Notes: a model not told the origin generated them from the letters alone. A stretch of DNA of 64,000 bases from Balanoglossus misakiensis (GCA_040954595.2 CM082585.2:5791808-5855807); one strand, 5' to 3'. Counted from the first letter of the stretch, positions 19,001 through 32,986 are shown. Made by a program: numbers and translations.

Positions 19001-22000
19001 GGTCAATTTTTGATGATTTTCATGAGCTATAACCCATGATTTTTTTCAAAAATCGACGAAATTTTGAGATTTCGCAAAGTCGAAAAATGGTCAATTTTTG
19101 ATGATTTTCATGAGCTATAACCCATGATTTTTTTCAAAAATCGACGAAATTTTGAGATTTCGCAAAGTCGAAAAATGGTCAATTTTTGATGATTTTCATG
19201 AGCTATAACCCATGATTTTTTTCAAAAATCGACGAAATTTTGAGATTTCGCAAAGTCGAAAAATGGTCATTTTTTGATGATTTTCATGAGCTATAACCCA
19301 TGATTTGTTTCAAAAATCGACGAAATTTTGAGATTTCGCAAAGTTTAAAAATGGTCATTTTTTGATAATTTTCATGAGCTATAACCCATGATTTTTTTCA
19401 AAAATCGACGAAATTTTGAGATTTCGCAAAGTCGAAAAATGGTCATTTTTGATGATTTTCATGAGCTATAACCCATGATTTTGTTAAAGAAGTCGACGAA
19501 ATTTTGAGATTTCGCAAAGTCGAAAAATGGTCATTTTTGATTATTTTCATGAGCTATAACCCATGATTTTTTTCAAAAATCTACGAAATGTTGAGATTTC
19601 GCAAAGTCGAAAAATGGTCAATTTTTGATGATTTTCATGAGCTATAACCCATGATTTTTTTCAAAAATCGACGAAATTTTGAGATTTCGCAAAGTCGAAA
19701 AATGGTCAATTTTTGATGATTTTCATGAGCTATAACCCATGATTTTTTTCAAAAATCGACGAAATTTTGAGATTTCGCAAAGTCGAAAAATGGTCATTTT
19801 TTGATGATTTTCATGAGCTATAACCCATGATTTGTTTCAAAAATCGACGAAATTTTGAGATTTCGCAAAGTTTAAAAATGGTCATTTTTTGATAATTTTC
19901 ATGAGCTATAACCCATGATTTTTTTCAAAAATCGACGAAATTTTGAGATTTCGCAAAGTCGAAAAATGGTCATTTTTGATGATTTTCATGAGCTATAACC
20001 CATGATTTTGTTAAAGAAGTCGACGAAATTTTGAGATTTCGCAAAGTCGAAAAATGGTCATTTTTGATTATTTTCATGAGCTATAACCCATGATTTTTTT
20101 CAAAAATCTACGAAATGTTGAGATTTCGCAAAGTCGAAAAATGGTCAATTTTTGATGATTTTCATGAGCTATAACCCATGATTTTTTTCAAAAATCGACG
20201 AAATTTTGAGATTTCGCAAAGTCGAAAAATGGTCAATTTTTGATGATTTTCATGAGCTATAACCCATGATTTGTTTCAAAAATCGACGAAATTTTGAGAT
20301 TTCGCAAAGTCGAAAAATGGTCAATTTTTGATGATTTTCATGAGCTATAACCCATGATTTTTTTCAAAAATCGACGAAATTTTGAGATTTCGCAAAGTCG
20401 AAAAATGGTCATTTTTGATGATTTTCATGAGCTATAACCCATGATTTTGTTAAAGAAGTCGACGAAATTTTGAGATTTCGCAAAGTCGAAAAATGGTCAT
20501 TTTTGATTATTTTCATGAGCTATAACCCATGATTTTTTTCAAAAATCTACGAAATGTTGAGATTTCGCAAAGTCGAAAAATGGTCAATTTTTGATGATTT
20601 TCATGAGCTATAACCCATGATTTTTTTCAAAAATCGACGAAATTTTGAGATTTCGCAAAGTCGAAAAATGGTCAATTTTTGATGATTTTCATGAGCTATA
20701 ACCCATGATTTTTTTCAAAAATCGACGAAATTTTGAGATTTCGCAAAGTCGAAAAATGGTCATTTTTTGATGATTTTCATGAGCTATAACCCATGATTTG
20801 TTTCAAAAATCGACGAAATTTTGAGATTTCGCAAAGTTTAAAAATGGTCATTTTTTGATAATTTTCATGAGCTATAACCCATGATTTTTTTCAAAAATCG
20901 ACGAAATTTTGAGATTTCGCAAAGTCGAAAAATGGTCATTTTTGATGATTTTCATGAGCTATAACCCATGATTTTGTTAAAGAAGTCGACGAAATTTTGA
21001 GATTTCGCAAATTCGAAAAATGGTCATTTTTGATTATTTTCATGAGCTATAACCCATGATTTTTTTCAAAAATCTACGAAATGTTGAGATTTCGCAAAGT
21101 CGAAAAATGGTCAATTTTTGATGATTTTCATGAGCTATAACCCATGATTTTTTTCAAAAATCGACGAAATTTTGAGATTTCGCAAAGTCGAAAAATGGTC
21201 AATTTTTGATGATTTTCATGAGCTATAACCCATGATTTTTTTCAAAAATCGACGAAATTTTGAGATTTCGCAAAGTCGAAAAATGGTCAATTTTTGATGA
21301 TTTTCATGAGCTATAACCCATGATTTTTTTCAAAAATCGACGAAATTTTGAGATTTCGCAAAGTCGAAAAATGGTCAATTTTTGATGATTTTCATGAGCT
21401 ATAACCCATGATTTTTTTCAAAAATCGACGAAATTTTGAGATTTCGCAAAGTCGAAAAATGGTCATTTTTGATGATTTTCATGAGCTATAACCCATGATT
21501 TTGTTAAAGAAGTCGACGAAATTTTGAGATTTCGCAAAGTCGAAAAATGGTCATTTTTTGATGATTTTCATGAGCTATAACCCATGATTTTTTTCAAAAA
21601 TCGACGAAATTTTGAGATTTCGCAAAGTCGAAAAATGGTCATTTTTGATGATTTTCATGAGCTATAACCCATGATTTTGTTAAAGAAGTCGACGAAATTT
21701 TGAGATTTCGCAAAGTCGAAAAATGGTCATTTTTTGATGATTTTCATGAGCTATAACCCATGATTTTGTTCAAAAGTCGACGAAATGTTGAGATTTCGCA
21801 AAGTCGAAAAATGGTCATTTTTGATGATTTTCATGAGCTATAACCCATGATTTTTTTCAAAATTTGACGAAATTTTGAGATTTCGCAAAGTCGAAAAATG
21901 GTCAATTTTTGATGATTTTCATGAGCTATAACCCATGATTTTGTTCAAAAATCGACGAAATTTTGAGATTTCGCAAAGTCGAAAAATGGTCAATTTTTGA

Positions 22001-25000
22001 TGATTTTCATGAGCTATAACCCATGATTTTTTTCAAAAATCGACGAAATTTTGAGATTTCGCAAAGTCGAAAAATGGTCATTTTTTGATGATTTTCATGA
22101 GCTATAACCCATGATTTTTTTCAAAAATCGACGAAATTTTGAGATTTCGCAAAGTCGAAAAATGGTCATTTTTTGATGATTTTCATGGGCTATAACCCAT
22201 GATTTTTTTCAAAAATCGACGAAATGTTGAGATTTCGCAAAGTCGAAAAATGGTCAATTTTTGATGATTTTCATGAGCTATAACCCATGATTTTTTTCAA
22301 AAATCGACGAAATTTTGAGATTTCGCAAAGTCGAAAAATGGTCAATTTTTGATGATTTTCATGAGCTATAACCCATGATTTTTTTCAAAAATCGACGAAA
22401 TTTTGAGATTTCGCAAAGTCGAAAAATGGTCATTTTTTGATGATTTTCATGAGCTATAACCCATGATTTTTTTCAAAAATCGACGAAATTTTGAGATTTC
22501 GCAAAGTCGAAAAATGGTCATTTTTTGATGATTTTCATGAGCTATAACCCATGATTTTTTTCAAAAATCGACGAAATTTTGAGATTTCGCAAAGTCGAAA
22601 AATGGTCATTTTTGATGATTTTCATGAGCTATAACCCATGATTTTGTTAAAGAAGTCGACGAAATTTTGAGATTTCGCAAAGTCGAAAAATGGTCATTTT
22701 TGATTATTTTCATGAGCTATAACCCATGATTTTTTTCAAAAATCTACGAAATGTTGAGATTTCGCAAAGTCGAAAAATTGTCAATTTTTGATGATTTTCA
22801 TGAGCTATAACCCATGATTTTGTTAAAGAAGTCGACGAAATTTTCAGATTTCGCAAAGTCGAAAAATGGTCATTTTTTGATGATTTTCATGAGCTATAAC
22901 CCATGATTTTTTTCAAAAATCGACGAAATTTTGAGATTTCGCAAAGTCGAAAAATGGTCAATTTTTGATGATTTTCATGAGCTATAACCCATGATTTTTT
23001 TCAAAAATCGACGAAATTTTGAGATTTCGCAAAGTCGAAAAATGGTCAATTTTTGATGATTTTCATGAGCTATAACCCATGATTTTTTTCAAAAATCGAC
23101 GAAATTTTGAGATTTCGCAAAGTCGAAAAATGGTCAATTTTTGATGATTTTCATGAGCTATAACCCATGATTTTTTTCAAAAATCGACGAAATTTTGAGA
23201 TTTCGCAAAGTCGAAAAATGGTCAATTTTTGATGATTTTCATGAGCTATAACCCATGATTTTTTTCAAAAATCGACGAAATTTTGAGATTTCGCAAAGTC
23301 GAAAAATGGTCATTTTTTGATGATTTTCATGAGCTATAACCCATGATTTTTTTCAAAAATCGACGAAATTTTGAGATTTCGCAAAGTCGAAAAATGGTCA
23401 TTTTTTGATGATTTTCATGAGCTATAACCCATGATTTTTTTCAAAAATCGACGAAATTTTGAGATTTCGCAAAGTCGAAAAATGGTCATTTTTGATGATT
23501 TTCATGAGCTATAACCCATGATTTTGTTAAAGAAGTCGACGAAATTTTGAGATTTCGCAAAGTCGAAAAATGGTCATTTTTGATTATTTTCATGAGCTAT
23601 AACCCATGATTTTTTTCAAAAATCTACGAAATGTTGAGATTTCGCAAAGTCGAAAAATTGTCAATTTTTGATGATTTTCATGAGCTATAACCCATGATTT
23701 TGTTAAAGAAGTCGACGAAATTTTCAGATTTCGCAAAGTCGAAAAATGGTCATTTTTTGATGATTTTCATGAGCTATAACCCATGATTTTTTTCAAAAAT
23801 CGACGAAATTTTGAGATTTCGCAAAGTCGAAAAATGGTCAATTTTTGATGATTTTCATGAGCTATAACCCATGATTTTTTTCAAAAATCGACGAAATTTT
23901 GAGATTTCGCAAAGTCGAAAAATGGTCAATTTTTGATGATTTTCATGAGCTATAACCCATGATTTTTTTCAAAAATCGACGAAATTTTGAGATTTCGCAA
24001 AGTCGAAAAATGGTCAATTTTTGATGATTTTCATGAGCTATAACCCATGATTTTTTTCAAAAATCGACGAAATTTTGAGATTTCGCAAAGTCGAAAAATG
24101 GTCATTTTTTGATGATTTTCATGAGCTATAACCCATGATTTGTTTCAAAAATCGACGAAATTTTGAGATTTCGCAAAGTCGAAAAATGGTCATTTTTTGA
24201 TGATTTTCATGAGCTATAACCCATGATTTTTTTCAAAAATCGACGAAATTTTGAGATTTCGCAAAGTCGAAAAATGGTCATTTTTGATGATTTTCATGAG
24301 CTATAACCCATGATTTTGTTAAAGAAGTCGACGAAATTTTGAGATTTCGCAAAGTCGAAAAATGGTCATTTTTTGATGATTTTCATGAGCTATAACCCAT
24401 GATTTTGTTCAAAAGTCGACGAAATGTTGAGATTTCGCAAAGTCGAAAAATGGTCATTTTTGATGATTTTCATGAGCTATAACCCATGATTTTTTTCAAA
24501 ATTTGACGAAATTTTGAGATTTCGCAAAGTCGAAAAATGGTCAATTTTTGATGATTTTCATGAGCTATAACCCATGATTTTTTTCAAAAATCGACGAAAT
24601 TTTGAGATTTCGCAAAGTCGAAAAATGGTCATTTTTTGATGATTTTCATGAGCTATAACCCATGATTTGTTTCAAAAATCGACGAAATTTTGAGATTTCG
24701 CAAAGTCGAAAAATGGTCATTTTTTGATGATTTTCATGGGCTATAACCCATGATTTTTTTCAAAAATCGACGAAATGTTGAGATTTCGCAAAGTCGAAAA
24801 ATGGTCATTTTTTGATGATTTTCATGAGCTATAACCCATGATTTTTTTCAAAAATCGACGAAATTTTGAGATTTCGCAAAGTCGAAAAATGGTCATTTTT
24901 TGATGATTTTCATGAGCTATAACCCATGATTTTTTTCAAAAATCGACGAAATTTTGAGATTTCGCAAAGTCGAAAAATGGTCATTTTTGATGATTTTCAT

Positions 25001-26737
25001 GAGCTATAACCCATGATTTTGTTAAAGAAGTCGACGAAATTTTGAGATTTCGCAAAGTCGAAAAATGGTCATTTTTTGATGATTTTCATGAGCTATAACC
25101 CATGATTTTGTTCAAAAGTCGACGAAATGTTGAGATTTCGCAAAGTCGAAAAATGGTCATTTTTGATGATTTTCATGAGCTATAACCCATGATTTTTTTC
25201 AAAATTTGACGAAATTTTGAGATTTCGCAAAGTCGAAAAATGGTCAATTTTTGATGATTTTCATGAGCTATAACCCATGATTTTTTTCAAAAATCGACGA
25301 AATTTTGAGATTTCGCAAAGTCGAAAAATGGTCATTTTTTGATGATTTTCATGAGCTATAACCCATGATTTGTTTCAAAAATCGACGAAATTTTGAGATT
25401 TCGCAAAGTCGAAAAATGGTCATTTTTTGATGATTTTCATGGGCTATAACCCATGATTTTTTTCAAAAATCGACGAAATGTTGAGATTTCGCAAAGTCGA
25501 AAAATGGTCATTTTTTGATGATTTTCATGAGCTATAACCCATGATTTTTTTCAAAAATCGACGAAATTTTGAGATTTCGCAAAGTCGAAAAATGGTCATT
25601 TTTTGATGATTTTCATGAGCTATAACCCATGATTTTTTTCAAAAATCGACGAAATTTTGAGATTTCGCAAAGTCGAAAAATGGTCATTTTTGATGATTTT
25701 CATGAGCTATAACCCATGATTTTGTTAAAGAAGTCGACGAAATTTTGAGATTTCGCAAAGTCGAAAAATGGTCATTTTTTGATGATTTTCATGAGCTATA
25801 ACCCATGATTTTGTTCAAAAGTCGACGAAATGTTGAGATTTCGCAAAGTCGAAAAATGGTCATTTTTGATGATTTTCATGAGCTATAACCCATGATTTTT
25901 TTCAAAATTTGACGAAATTTTGAGATTTCGCAAAGTCGAAAAATGGTCAATTTTTGATGATTTTCATGAGCTATAACCCATGATTTTGTTCAAAAATCGA
26001 CGAAATTTTGAGATTTCGCAAAGTCGAAAAATGGTCAATTTTTGATGATTTTCATGAGCTATAACCCATGATTTTTTTCAAAAATCGACGAAATTTTGAG
26101 ATTTCGCAAAGTCGAAAAATGGTCATTTTTTGATGATTTTCATGAGCTATAACCCATGATTTGTTTCAAAAATCGACGAAATTTTGAGATTTCGCAAAGT
26201 CGAAAAATGGTCATTTTTTGATGATTTTCATGGGCTATAACCCATGATTTTTTTCAAAAATCGACGAAATGTTGAGATTTCGCAAAGTCGAAAAATGGTC
26301 ATTTTTGATGATTTTCATGAGCTATAACCCATGATTTTGTTCAAAAGTCGACGAAATGTTGAGATTTCGCAAAGTCGAAAAATGGTCATTTTTTGATGAT
26401 TTTCATGAGCTATAACCCATGATTTTTTTCAAAAATCGACGAAATGTTGAGATTTCGCAAAGTCGAAAAATGGTCATTTTTTGATGATTTTCATGAGCTA
26501 TAACCCATGATTTTTTTCAAAAATCGACGAAATTTTGAGATTTCGAAAAGTCGAAAAATGGTCATTTTTGATGATTTTCATGAGCTATAACCCATGATTT
26601 TTTATCAAATATGAAGAATTTTTGAAAATTTTCAAAGTCGAAAAATTGGCATTTTTGATGATTTTCATGAGCTATAACCCATGATTTTTTATCAAATATG
26701 AAGAATTTTTGAAAATTTTCGAAAAATTGGCATTTTT
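7045..26737. repeat. Satellite DNA array, 88-bp monomer, about 224 copies
   Basis: Monomer GTCATTTTTTGATGATTTTCATGAGCTATAACCCATGATTTTTTTCAAAAATCGACGAAATTTTGAGATTTCGCAAAGTCGAAAAATG starts at 7045, 7133, 7221 (period 88); uninterrupted head-to-tail; last two units (26600-26737) diverged. Confidence 0.98.
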
Positions 26738-27574
26738 ACCGTGATTCAACCCAGAATCGCTGTGTAGCGCAGCGGAAGCACCAAAAAAAAAGTTTAGGTA
26801 ACGTACTAAGACTGATAATGAAATCACAGACTCTGAGAGCTAGAAATACTGTATTGTAAGTTTGCAAAAGAAATGACATTGGCAAGATATAATCCATAAT
26901 TAAATAAAATAACAAATGGGTGAGTTAATAACGATGCTGTCATGATAAATACAATTTTCTCTGTGATGTGCGGATGTGTTGGATATAGCAGCTGCACATG
27001 TATATGAATTGCCGTACACATGTAAAGCACGCGTGTGTTGGCATGAAACTACGTTTTTCAACTGTACACTTATTTGTAGCTTATTTAAAGGACGACTTTG
27101 AAACTGATGCACTTCTTGTGTATTTATTTTTTTGTATATGATATTTAACGCAACTTATTTTATCGAAAATGCGCAAAAGAATTGACTATCCACACTCGCT
27201 GCTGTCTATAATTGTAAATAATTGTATATAATATAGATGAGGATAGATATTTCTGGCCTAAACAATGGGAATTATCTTTTTATGTGAATTGAAACGTTCA
27301 TTGGTGGAAAAACTTCACACTGAAGACACCAAAAGACAAATTTTAACGTCATGGCTTGGGCGTAACAGGCATATCCCTTTGTCTGAATACAAATCCGAAT
27401 ATGAGCACTCGTCTTCCAACATTCAAATTCCTGCATGTTATTATCAGGAAACTAAATGTATTATACAATGTACTTAAAGCAGTATTTTTGCGATGAAATT
27501 TGCTTCCAAACAGTTATATGACAATTCAACATCGGCAAGCTTGAGTCAGGTGTATCAAGTATATGCCGATTGCC

Positions 27575-29821
27575 TTAGTCAGGATAGTCGCTTGCTGCGT
27601 TTCGAAGGAAAAGAAAATACAGAGCGATGTTCACGCCTATCATGATTATGCCGGTGACTATGGCGGCTATGGTGAAATTCTTGGCCGTTTCGGACGACTT
27701 TTCTGCGCGCTGTCGATCCCCGGCCGAGATAGCATTACGGACCTAGAAGAAAACGAGAGAATAATTAAAGAACGAACGTGTTAAATGTTACATGAAAAAA
27801 GTCACCTCTGTAATTCAGTACGTAATTCAACCACACAAAACTTCCATCCCACTTGTATGATATGAGAGTAAAAACTCGCCCAAAATGAATAAATGGTAAA
27901 GAACGATTATTCATTTTGGCGAGTTTTTTCACTCTCCTGTCTATAAGAGGGATGGAAGTTGTGTGTGTTTGAACGTTCATTCACTATATATCCACATGTA
28001 GAATAACAAACGGTGTCTTGTATCAAATATAATTAATGGAAAAACGGGCAGCGAGAGAGAGACTTTGTCCCTTTAACCACAGCTGAAATTACGGAATTTA
28101 TGAGGAGGTTTCAGACAACATGACGTATCCACACCAACAGAAATACATGTACGAGGATGTATGGTCATGTCGGGGTCAGTCATGAATATGGCCAATTGTG
28201 ATTTGCCTTACGTCAAGAGCCTTGACGATTCCAACCAATCCCAGCGGCCAACAACAGAAAAGGCAGGCAAGGATGGAAGCAACCAGATAATCGTTCGGAG
28301 GATTCTCCATCGGCGGGATGGAGCCCTGGTGATCACGAAGCACTTGAGGTTGGGGCTGGAACAAAAAAAAGAAATAGTCGTTCACAGCGGTGTGACTTTA
28401 CCCTCACCAAGTCCTGCACGTGCATTAACGTCCAATGAGCTTTGACTTTTTGGGATAATTATCATTTTTTTTTTCAAACCGCTATTAGCCCATACAGATG
28501 TATGACCTGAAGTATATGCGAATACCATAAACCCTAAACATGAGTGCATATGCAAATTTTATCCAGACAAATTATAAAGTGGTACCACAAAGGAATATGG
28601 CAGCCACCGTGGGAAAAATTCAAAATACAATAAAAACGTTGTATTTCCCACTTTGAATAATCACCCGGGGGTCGTTGACTCTCAGCGAAAATGTTAATGG
28701 ATAACTTTTTGCCGCCATAAATAAGACTCACCAAAGGCAAACAAACCAACGAAAGGTATTAGGGCTACTGAGTAAAAGTTAGGAAGCCAACAACTTAATT
28801 AGAGGCTTGGCAAATGTCCAGTGAAGACGTGACGTCACCCTGTTTGCACTGGGCAGTCGTGATCTGGAAGTCCGCGTACGCGCACGTACACAGTTGCCGC
28901 GTGTAGAGACACCTGTAGCTACCTAGAATTTCTAAAAAACACTTGGAGCCAGTGAGCTTCATTTTGGTCCCAAATAATATACACAGTAATTACGCACAAC
29001 AGCCATTCTACGCAGAACCCACGAATGCACGACAGTGGACGTTTTTTTTTTCTTTAAAGAAATTCGTCATTGTACGAATTCAAAGCAATGGTAGTTTAAA
29101 AATTCTTGTCGCCTTCCATACCACGGCCACCTTTCACCCTCCCATTGTATAAATATGAGGTCAAAAGAATTAAATTACGGTGGTACCCAACCCATACCGC
29201 GGTTATATACTGAGGTTTACTTTCAAACCACGTATATAAGACACTATTAAGCTGAAAAGCCCACGGATTCTACACACACATAGATTTTGAAATGGTTTAT
29301 GGTTCTTACCTTATCTGGGGCACTGACCTTAATACCCACCCCACCCCGAAACACACAAAAAACATTTGTTACTTTTCCTTATTAAGACAATGGTTCTTAC
29401 AATTGACATTGACTTTCAAACAACGTATATATATGCTGAAATGCCCCTTGCTTCTACACAAACCTAAATATTTTCAATATATGTTTCTTACCTCAGTGAC
29501 CTGATTCTGGGGCGCTGGAGGCTGGTAATATGGCGGTGGGTCATATTGGTATTTATCCCCGGCCACGTCCAGCAAATTCGCTGTGAATTATAAGACGATA
29601 ACCAATGAGACAATATATCATGCTAAAGTCAGAAACTTTGTATTTAATTGTGTCGTTACTTCGACGACGGTGGTCGGCAACAAGGAAACTATGTTAAAGA
29701 ATGTGTTTTGAGGTACTAGCAGGAAACAGAAAAATGACTTCTCGGGGTATTATTATAAGAGCGACTATTGCGTCATTCTAGGAGAAATGTGAGTTTTTTA
29801 CCAACCTTTGTCGTCGGACAT
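27575..29821 (-). CDS. CD225/dispanin family membrane protein (IFITM/PRRT-like), copy 1, 138 aa
   Basis: Exons 29821-29806, 29580-29492, 28355-28212, 27742-27575 give MSDDKANLLDVAGDKYQYDPPPYYQPPAP...PPNDYLVASILACLFCCWPLGLVGIVKALDVRNAISAGDRQRAEKSSETAKNFTIAAIVTGIIMIGVNIALYFLFLRNAASDYPD*; canonical CD225 signature (P-DYL-SI-CC-PLG, V-A-GD-A-S-A). Confidence 0.9.
27828..28074. mobile_element. Truncated copy of the Kolobok-like palindromic MITE in dispanin copy 1 intron 3
   Basis: Absent from the paralogous intron in copy 3 (~35150); ends GAGAGACTTTGTCCCT-TTAA like the full copy at 47132-47478. Confidence 0.8.
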
Positions 29822-31034
29822 TCTTGGAGTGGAAAATGAGCGCGGCAACTAGAAGATGTACAGGTCCGGTTGGTTACCTTCCACACAGTCGTGTAACCAA
29901 TGTGTGGTTCACTTATTAATTTTATAAGCAACGCGACCGATGTATGGTAAATTTCACTTTGACCACGTGACTGAACGTCATACCGTGTCACCAGGGACGG
30001 CGCAGTTAAAGTTAGTCATGCGGAAGTCTAACTGCGGGAAACTTAAATGTTGTTAGAATTTTGCACGTAGGTCTGACAAAATCGACAGAAGATATCCAGC
30101 ACTTTCATTAAAAGTAGTATTATTTCACAAGACGGTGAATACCAGCGTTTCTCCTTTGTTTTCTATCAGTCTCTTCACAAAGTTTAATATAGCAATGCAT
30201 TGAAAAGTTTGGAGGACTATCCCTTTTTCTAAAAAAAAAAATCTGCCCCCGGGCGCATGTCAGCAAGATGAGCGATTTTGTCCCTCACAATGGTCATTTC
30301 ATTAACAACAGAAACGAATGAACGAAAACCCTTTCATTGCAGCTAATCGTTTATTTGTAATGAGACATACAGTAGAATTTCGATATTTTGTATCTCACTA
30401 ATATGTGTGAAAATTTGGTTGGTACTTGACAGGTAACATAGATACTGTTGGAGCAAAGATGGTCTGAAAAATGTCGACGACCCGTACGATCCTGTCGAGG
30501 GAAACCCTGAAATGTTACCCACGATGTCGTGTGGGTGTCGAACTTAACGTTACGCAAATGGTTGGCAAGGCAAAAAAAGTGCGTGAAGAGTTTGTGGAGA
30601 AACTAGGCATAATCTTGATTTGGTATTAATCTTATTTCATAATTCGACACATAAAATGGAAGATGCATAAATGTTTAATAATATTCGAATATACAAATTA
30701 CATTTTTTTTCAGTTGATTAAAATGTTGTTGTTTGGAAAAATTAACTCTTACATTGTAAATATTAACATCATGGCATGGGCGTAACATGCATATTCTCGT
30801 CTCAATATCAGAAACGAACACTCGTTTTCCGATATCTCAATGCTTGTCATAATATCAGGCAAAGGTTCCAGTTATACTTGAAGTAGGCAGAACGCATGCG
30901 CGTGATAATTGCAAATGTTTATCTACAATTTGATACATGTATTCTTTCCCGACGACGTTTTCTTCCGAAGAAGCTTCGAAGACTTGCACGGTTGAGGGCG
31001 CGTATCAAAGGTGACAGTTTGCAAAGTTCGCGAG

Positions 31035-32986
31035 TTAAGCGAAAATCACCGCGATGATCACCAAGGACACCGCCGTTAAGACTGCGCCGGTGACTATGGA
31101 GGCTATGGTTAAATTCTTGGCATATCTGGAGGACTGTTCAGCACGCTGTCGATCCCCGGCCAAAATAGCATTATGGGCCTATAGAAATAAAATACGCTGA
31201 GTCATCCTCGGAATGGAAAGGAGAGAACCTTTTCCAGTAGCGCGGTTCGAAAATCACAAACTTAAACTTTTTTCGTTTACTTTGCTCTGCAGGGCAACTT
31301 TATATTATTCTATTTTAAAATTGAGATTACAAATATAGGGTCACAGGGCAAACTTTTGAATGAGAGCACTTTTTTCGTTAATTTGAAAAGCATAGGCCTA
31401 ATGGCCGGCAATCTCTCATTTAATTTTTGAGAAAGTCGATTGTTATGAAAACATGACAAAGATTTCTTCTTTTTTTCTCCAAAAAGGTTCCCCACACACT
31501 TTAATATAGCGAAGAATATAATGGTTTGGAGGACTACATTTTTCCTGAAAAACCTATTTCTTAGGCGTGTACTATCTTTAACAAAGACATATATCACTTC
31601 CATAACCCCTCCATGACCTTGCATCCTTGTACTTCCGTTTGTATGGGGTTGTCAAAATTCCACATATTCGGACAAGAAACGTGTTAAATGTTACATGAAG
31701 TCAAGTCACTTTTGTAATTCAGAACATACTTTATTTAATATACAGCTGCAGTTATGGAGTTTTTAGTAAAAACTTTGATGTTTCCATACCAACCAAAGCA
31801 CGAGGATGTAAGGTCATGTAGGGGTCACGAAAATGGTCAATTGTGATTTGCCTTACATCTTTGGCCATGATGATCCCCCACGCTCCCAGCAGCGAACAAC
31901 AGAAAATGCAGGCAAGGATGGAAGCAATCAGATAATCGTTCGGAGGATTCTCCATCGGGGGATTGCAGTGCTGGTGAACATGAACCACTTCTGGTTGGGT
32001 CTAGAACAAATTTAAAAAAATTATCTATCATACTCGTTCTCAGCGGTGTGATTTTTACTCCGTCGTAAACTACACGCCTTTTTACGGCATCTGGTCGACA
32101 CATAACCGAAAAAGGGGCGTGGCGGCTCGTTTTGCGGACTTGCATGCTAGCATCTGGGGGGTCGTAGAGTCTCAGCGGAAATGTTAATGGGTAACTTTTT
32201 GCTGCCATAAATCACTGTCACTTTTTGTATTGTAGCCACGTCTAGGGACACCTTTAGCTAGTTCTGAAAATACTTGGAGCCAGCGTCAGTTGGCTTCAAA
32301 TAATATGCAACATTTACGCATTACAGCCTTTCTACGCCAAACCCATGAATACAAGAGAGTTGGCAACTTTAATATGTAAAGAAATTCGTCATTTCACGAA
32401 AGCAATATTAATCTTAGTTTAACACACCTTCACTTGTCGCCTTTCATTTCACCCTTCGCCCTTTGATTGTGAAAACATTTACAGTGATCCCAACCCAATG
32501 CAAAAATATAATCATATGTATATATTACATGTATAAGACGTTCGACAATGATAACCTTAAAATCGATGTGGACTTTCAGACAACGTATATTAGACACTAA
32601 GCTGAAATGCCATTGTTTATGCACAAACCTAAAATTGTTTAAATAGTTTTGTTACCTGTATCGGGGGTACGGATAATTCGTAAGGTGGTGGCTGTTCAAG
32701 TTCATATTGGTAGTTTCCCCCTCCAACTAAATACGCTGAAAAGTATAAGACCATAAGCTTGAGACAATTAATATTAACTATAGTAAGTCAGAAACTTCGA
32801 CTTGTGCGTCATTTGCGCGACTCCAATAATGACAGAAACACGGAAATAATTTTAAAAAGAAAGTAGCCGATGTTTTGAGATAACAGGAAAGAGAAAAAAA
32901 GGACTTCTCGGTGTATTATTATTAGTACGACTACTGCGTCATTATAGGAGAAAAGTGCAATTTTACTAACCTTTGTCGTCAGACAT
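31035..32986 (-). CDS. CD225/dispanin family membrane protein, copy 2, 127 aa
   Basis: Exons 32986-32971, 32735-32656, 32000-31857, 31178-31035; MSDDKAYLVGGGNYQYELEQPPPYELSVPPIQ...DYLIASILACIFCCSLLGAWGIIMAKDAHNAILAGDRQRAEQSSRYAKNLTIASIVTGAVLTAVSLVIIAVIFA*; same exon phases as copy 1. Confidence 0.88.

Noticed and set aside
7045-26737. CRISPR array or coding repeat
   Set aside because: No unique spacers, eukaryotic context, no cas genes and no ORFs of 60 aa or more in the track.
27563-27784. Plus-strand paralogous ORFs (also 34886-35305, 28161-28445, 35654-36037)
   Set aside because: Antisense shadows of the dispanin exons.
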